From a virus (lineage: Duplodnaviria > Caudoviricetes), in IMG/VR virus record IMGVR_UViG_3300032303_000488, positions 18,994 to 82,993 of that record: a stretch of DNA of 64,000 nucleotides; one strand, given 5' to 3'. The notes below the pieces were generated by a model. That model was given only the letters and a program-made list of their open reading frames with translations, was not told the DNA's origin and did not search any database. The position numbers were made by a program, and so were the translations under genes. This document shows, one piece after another, positions 60,274 through 64,000 of the stretch (position 1 is its first letter; each line of letters starts with the position of its first letter).

Positions 60274-60418
60274 TATATGATAAATTATATCATTTTGTAG
60301 GGATTTTTATTTTCATTTGACAAATCACAAAAAGTGTGATACCCTCTTATCTATAGAGATAAGGGCTACTATATTATATATTAGTATATATTATAGTTTA
60401 TATATATTATAGTAATAA

Positions 60419-60712
60419 TCAAAGTTCGTTATTTTCTGATTTTTTAGTTTTGTTAGTTTTGACACCTTCGTTAATAAGAACGTTGTAAAGGTTGTCGATT
60501 TTATCTTCTAATTGATGTGATTTTTGCTCTAGTCTATTAACCTGGTCTTTCATCGATGACCCTCCGTTAGGCTTGAGTTCTGATAAATTATTTTTAAGTT
60601 CGGTTGATAGGACTTTAATTTCTGCGGTAATGAACCATTTGATTCCGCCAATAATAATAGCGATGATAGATAATGCGGTTAGTATTAAACCTGCCCAATC
60701 TGTAATTGTCAT
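60419..60712 (-). CDS. Single-TM membrane protein with PNGGSS motif
   Basis: N-terminal TM, then ELKPNGGSSMKDQVNRLE as in actinophage small membrane proteins. Confidence 0.7.
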   Translation of the reverse strand: MTITDWAGLILTALSIIAIIIGGIKWFITAEIKVLSTELKNNLSELKPNGGSSMKDQVNRLEQKSHQLEDKIDNLYNVLINEGVKTNKTKKSENNEL

Positions 60713-60942
60713 AATATAAATAATTATACACTATCTTTTGAGTGTTTCGAGTTTTTTGAAACGGTAAAAATATGAGACACCAAACCCACACAAATGCCAG
60801 TATGCAACAAAGTTGCCAGATAGGTCAAATAGGGGTTTAAATGCCCCATAGAGCGATTAGAACCTATGCTTCCTAACACAGATACCCCCAAAATATGTTA
60901 TACTTATTTTCTAACGAAAATACTACCGAAAGAGAGAGACTT

Positions 60943-61125
60943 ATGGAAGACAAAGTTCCGTACATCAAACATTATGAATCAAAAGAATATCTTGAAGCAT
61001 GCATAGCAGCCAAGATGACATCAAAGGATATAGCCAATCAGAGTAAAGTGTCGTATAAACTTGTTAACTGGTGGCTGATAAAGCATGGATTGCTTCGCAA
61101 TACCCCAGAAATTAGGTTACCATAA
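60943..61125 (+). CDS. Small HTH DNA-binding protein
   Basis: MEDKVPY...TSKDIANQSKVSYKLVNWWLIKHGL; start inferred from a GAGAGAG SD-like run. Confidence 0.65.
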   Translation: MEDKVPYIKHYESKEYLEACIAAKMTSKDIANQSKVSYKLVNWWLIKHGLLRNTPEIRLP

Positions 61126-61349
61126 TGGAAATCGTTATCATATCGTTATCTATATTAATATTTATAGGCATATTTGCTTATCTACATCACCAAATCAAAT
61201 TCAGAGACACAGAAAACAAAATACATCACTGCAAAGTACCATATGTACAATACTTCCATCCAAAACAAGATTGGCAATGCAACAAATGCAAAGCATACTG
61301 GTATGTTAAACATGACAGTTACGGTTCATACTTTATCAAAAGGCAGTAA
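61125..61349 (+). CDS. Small membrane-anchored zinc-ribbon protein
   Basis: N-terminal TM, HHC...CNKC; TAATG coupling. Confidence 0.65.
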   Translation: MEIVIISLSILIFIGIFAYLHHQIKFRDTENKIHHCKVPYVQYFHPKQDWQCNKCKAYWYVKHDSYGSYFIKRQ

Positions 61350-61516
61350 TCTGCATACCCTCGAAATCTGAAAAAAAATATTTTTGTATTGTAACAAATC
61401 TGAATATTTTGATTATGTGTATGATACAGGACTACACACTACTAAAATAGAAGTAATAGTGAGCACACTATACGCCCTATGTTTATAACGAATTGATAAC
61501 GATAGGAGTGTTGCTA

Positions 61517-61545
61517 TTGACAAACTAAATAAACTATGATAGTAT
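61517..61545 (+). promoter_or_regulatory. Sigma70-type promoter TTGACA-17-TAGTAT
   Basis: Direct sequence match. Confidence 0.75.
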
Positions 61546-61575
61546 GTAAACATAATAAAGAATAGGAAATAACAA

Positions 61576-61716
61576 ATGCACGGAAACTCAAAGACAGCCC
61601 TACTAATGCGTATAGTAGACTTACAGAAATTTTTATCTACTACTACTGATGAAGGTATGCGTAATCACTACCTTGCTGAGATAAACAAACTAATGAAGCG
61701 TGTTTATAACAAATAG
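61576..61716 (+). CDS. 46-aa early microprotein
   Basis: Manual translation MHGNSKTALLMRIVDLQ...; TAGGA SD. Confidence 0.65.
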   Translation: MHGNSKTALLMRIVDLQKFLSTTTDEGMRNHYLAEINKLMKRVYNK

Positions 61717-61802
61717 ATAACAACCTGCGACACACCCCCTACACACCTAGTAAATGTCAGTGGTAGGGTGTAGTGTATAACTATAACAAGAAAGGTTATC
61801 AA

Positions 61803-61958
61803 ATGTCAGAAATCAAAACTCTATGGGCTGTTGGATTTGCGTATGAAGAAGCAGTAGCAGTATTTACATCACAAGAAAAAGGTTTAGCATTCAAGGAAAA
61901 GTTTGACCTTGACTACTGCGAACCAATTGAACTTGACCCTGAAGAATACCCTGCCTAA
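61803..61958 (+). CDS. 51-aa early microprotein
   Basis: GAAAGG SD; downstream of motif copy 1. Confidence 0.7.
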   Translation: MSEIKTLWAVGFAYEEAVAVFTSQEKGLAFKEKFDLDYCEPIELDPEEYPA

Positions 61959-62017
61959 TGGAAGCGTTGCTAATCGTAATCATCTTGCTACCTCTGATTT
62001 ATCTACTAGGAGAATAA
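61958..62017 (+). CDS. 19-aa hydrophobic peptide MEALLIVIILLPLIYLLGE
   Basis: TAATG coupling at both ends. Confidence 0.5.
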   Translation: MEALLIVIILLPLIYLLGE

Positions 62018-62136
62018 TGAAGAACTTACCTAAACAAATCTTCGCCTACGCTTGTAAGCGTTGCTCATCTATCTCATCAATACAGTTGAAGAAGAAGAGT
62101 ATAACAGTTTATAGTTGTAGGTGTGTCGCTACTTGA
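62017..62136 (+). CDS. 39-aa Cys-containing microprotein
   Basis: CKRC..CRC; AGGAG SD; TAATG coupling. Confidence 0.55.
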   Translation: MKNLPKQIFAYACKRCSSISSIQLKKKSITVYSCRCVAT

Positions 62137-62163
62137 CATACCGCCCCGAAAGGGGTCGGCACC

Positions 62164-62172
62164 TGTGGATAA
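62164..62172 (-). promoter_or_regulatory. Perfect DnaA box TTATCCACA
   Basis: Plus strand reads TGTGGATAA. Confidence 0.55.
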
Positions 62173-62271
62173 CTTTTTACTTAGTTAAGTTTAGGTAAAC
62201 AATTCCCCGAAATGTCTAAAATGCGGCGTGTCGCACCCCTAAATGTCAGTGGTCTAATGTATAGTAATACT

Positions 62272-62385
62272 ATGAAAGATAAAAAGACAGAACTAACAGT
62301 AATGCTTGCTAAGTATGCCAGAGCAGGTATCCCCCTAACTACTGCTGAAAAGAACCTTGTAAAGTATCTACTAAGCAAAAAATAA
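62272..62385 (+). CDS. 37-aa early microprotein, leaderless
   Basis: ATG 6 nt after TATAGT; MKDKKTELTVMLAKY... Confidence 0.65.
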   Translation: MKDKKTELTVMLAKYARAGIPLTTAEKNLVKYLLSKK

Positions 62386-62479
62386 CAGTTCGATAACGAA
62401 ATAGCAACACACCCATAAACATCCCCAAAATGTCAGTGGTCGCTGGTAGTGTAATAGTAGTCAAAGAAAGGACTAACAA

Positions 62480-62599
62480 ATGACAACCTATGAAATCAAA
62501 GCAAGATACAAAGAACTAATGCGAATTGCTGAAAGTGATGTAATGACCGCAGGTGAGTTTGATGAACTAATGGCAATGTTTAGCAAACTAACCAAATAA
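62480..62599 (+). CDS. 39-aa early microprotein
   Basis: GAAAGGA SD; MTTYEIKARYKELMR... Confidence 0.65.
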   Translation: MTTYEIKARYKELMRIAESDVMTAGEFDELMAMFSKLTK

Positions 62600-62725
62600 T
62601 AATCTTGGTTATTTAGTGAGCCTGATTAGGTGAGCCTAGAAATAGCAAATAAACTAATCAGCAAATAAATAAATAATCGCAACAAAACTAAATAAATAAT
62701 AATCTATAAAAGAAATGAGAAATAA

Positions 62726-62863
62726 ATGTCACATAACGAAAGCAAGAAATACACGCTAGTAGAATACACATTCGCAGGTAAGCGTGGCGTGTCAGCAATA
62801 CACCATCTAGACCTAGTCAAGTTCTTAATAGAACACCCTGACGCTGTAATACTAAAAAAGTAA
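62726..62863 (+). CDS. 45-aa early microprotein
   Basis: MSHNESKKYTLVEYTF...; A-rich leader. Confidence 0.6.
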   Translation: MSHNESKKYTLVEYTFAGKRGVSAIHHLDLVKFLIEHPDAVILKK

Positions 62864-62912
62864 CAGTTAGGTAACAATCTGCGACACGCCCGAGTGCGTG
62901 GTCGGCACATCC

Positions 62913-62924
62913 GAACAAATGTTC
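62913..62924. promoter_or_regulatory. LexA (Cheo-type) box-like palindrome GAAC-N4-GTTC
   Basis: ccGAACaaatGTTCaa, upstream of motif copy 4. Confidence 0.45.
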
Positions 62925-62982
62925 AATTACGTTAAGGTGTGTCGTTCCCCCAAATGTCAGAGGTATGGTGTAGTTTATAACT

Positions 62983-63129
62983 ATGAATACTAAACCTTGT
63001 TTCCTTTGCTCAGTCGCTACCCCTGCTCACCTTGTTGTTATCTCTAATGGCAATGTGTTCCGTTCCTGTGAGGCGTGTCTTGCTTCATACCCTGACCACC
63101 TTGTTGAGACAACTGTTGCTCTACCCTAA
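62983..63129 (+). CDS. 48-aa zinc-finger microprotein, leaderless
   Basis: CFLC...CEAC; ATG 6 nt after TAGTTT. Confidence 0.65.
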   Translation: MNTKPCFLCSVATPAHLVVISNGNVFRSCEACLASYPDHLVETTVALP

Positions 63130-63143
63130 CTAAAGGTTCCACT

Positions 63144-63251
63144 ATGGAAAACTGCTGCTACTGCTCCAAGCCATCTCCAGAAGTAAAACTCTGGGGGCAG
63201 GTGTGCCACTCTTGTGAGGACACGCTAGACTGGGGAGATGATGAAGAGTAA
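63144..63251 (+). CDS. 35-aa zinc-finger microprotein
   Basis: CCYC...CHSC; AAAGGT SD. Confidence 0.6.
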   Translation: MENCCYCSKPSPEVKLWGQVCHSCEDTLDWGDDEE

Positions 63252-63406
63252 ACTTGACAAACACCCGAAAGGGTGCCGACCCACGACACGCCCGAAAAAC
63301 ATTTATAACGGTATTGTTATAATCCCCAAAATAGTGCCTTATTTGCCTTCCAATGTCAGTGGTCAAGTGTATAATAAAGGTATAAGAAAAGAAATGAGAA
63401 ATAAAA

Positions 63407-63568
63407 ATGGTTGGAATTATCTGTGTCTATGACGGAACTAAGACTTGGGCTTACATCTGCCCTACTTGTAAAGAGTATGATGGTCTAATGGAAATCAGCA
63501 AGGCAGTAAAAGAGTATGACTTTATTGCTGAAATGTATGCTGATGAAATTGCGTTTATGCCTAGTTAG
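63407..63568 (+). CDS. 53-aa microprotein with CxxC
   Basis: Manual translation; downstream of motif copy 5. Confidence 0.65.
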   Translation: MVGIICVYDGTKTWAYICPTCKEYDGLMEISKAVKEYDFIAEMYADEIAFMPS

Positions 63569-63613
63569 GCTAAATGTCAGTGGTTGCCTGTATAATAAAA
63601 CTAATCAAAAGAA

Positions 63614-63796
63614 ATGGAAAATAAAATGTTAGATAAAGACTTTGATACTTTTAGACTAATGAACGAACTAAGACTAAAAGATGGCATTGCTGGTGAAAAC
63701 CCTGTTGCCTATGCTTATGGTCTATGTTTTGGACAACTAACTCAAAAGCAAAAAGCGTTGATTGCTCAAATTGTAAATAAGATGGAGAATAAATAA
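63614..63796 (+). CDS. Small early protein
   Basis: Downstream of motif copy 6; the start could also be the second Met. Confidence 0.7.
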   Translation: MENKMLDKDFDTFRLMNELRLKDGIAGENPVAYAYGLCFGQLTQKQKALIAQIVNKMENK

Positions 63797-63891
63797 TGGA
63801 AGACTGGAAACTCGCATTAGCAGAAATCCAAAAGTCAATGAGAGAAAACTTTATTTCTCAAATCAAAACTAATGAAAAGGAAAATAAATAA
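63796..63891 (+). CDS. 31-aa microprotein
   Basis: TAATG coupling, GGAG SD; MEDWKLALAEIQK... Confidence 0.55.
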   Translation: MEDWKLALAEIQKSMRENFISQIKTNEKENK

Positions 63892-64000
63892 ATGGAGAAA
63901 GCATTCTTACAAATTGGTCTAGTAATGTCAGCGTTAGTTGCTGGTATCTTTTCGTTCTTCATCAGTGATACCCTAAACTATTTAGGTTTATTTACTGATA
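63892..64000 (+). CDS. Small membrane protein, truncated by the window end
   Basis: MEKAFLQIGLVMSALVAGIFSFF... hydrophobic segment. Confidence 0.55.
   Translation, partial: MEKAFLQIGLVMSALVAGIFSFFISDTLNYLGLFTD

Larger units (their letters stand above)
61752..63596 (+). promoter_or_regulatory. Six copies of the (A)AATGTCAGWGGT-N6-TAnnnT promoter motif
   Basis: Starts at 61752, 62241, 62428, 62952, 63352 and 63572; each exactly 6 nt before a -10 hexamer and upstream of a small ORF. Confidence 0.85.

Noticed and set aside
61801-61810. AAATGTCAG at start codons (61801, and the capsid start near 40497) as extra promoter-motif copies
   Set aside because: They lack the WGGT-N6-TAnnnT continuation and are explained by A-rich leader plus ATG-TCA (Met-Ser).
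1-64000. tRNA, rRNA, integrase/repressor, inteins, introns, alternative genetic code
   Set aside because: None recognised by eye. TerL, DnaE, DnaB, RecA and NrdJ are of normal length and uninterrupted under the standard code. tRNAscan or Infernal would be needed to exclude RNA genes fully.

Overview
This 64 kb window is part of a large, AT-rich, long-tailed dsDNA phage (siphovirus type). The gene set and order resemble actinobacteriophages (DnaE polymerase, RecA, class II NrdJ, terminase far from portal, many leaderless -10 promoters), so a low-GC actinobacterial host is inferred but not shown. From 1 to 60.7 kb nearly everything is on the minus strand: a membrane/PA14 operon, terminase, recombination and replication genes, tail tip, a 3150-aa tape measure protein, neck, capsid and portal, NrdJ, fibres, three GT2 glycosyltransferases and a collagen-like fibre. 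From about 60.9 kb the strand switches to a plus-strand array of microproteins, most with a repeated promoter. Highlights: (1) The tape measure protein carries about 1500 aa of cargo cassettes bounded by repeated [YF]AxGG[MLFY] motifs. These include a HipA/PI3K-like kinase, a DUF3626/ART-like domain behind a pre-toxin-TG-like segment, and a LysM domain, so it looks like a polymorphic effector injected by the tail. (2) The early region has a six-copy promoter motif plus WhiA-like, GlnR/MtrA-like, DnaA and LexA-like boxes, suggesting it reads the host cell-cycle state. (3) The tail chaperones appear to be a gene duplication replacing the usual frameshift. (4) A BclA/SgtA-like fibre glycosylation module. 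(5) A PA14 surface protein that probably starts at ATT. All domain calls come from motif recognition by eye; no database search was run.
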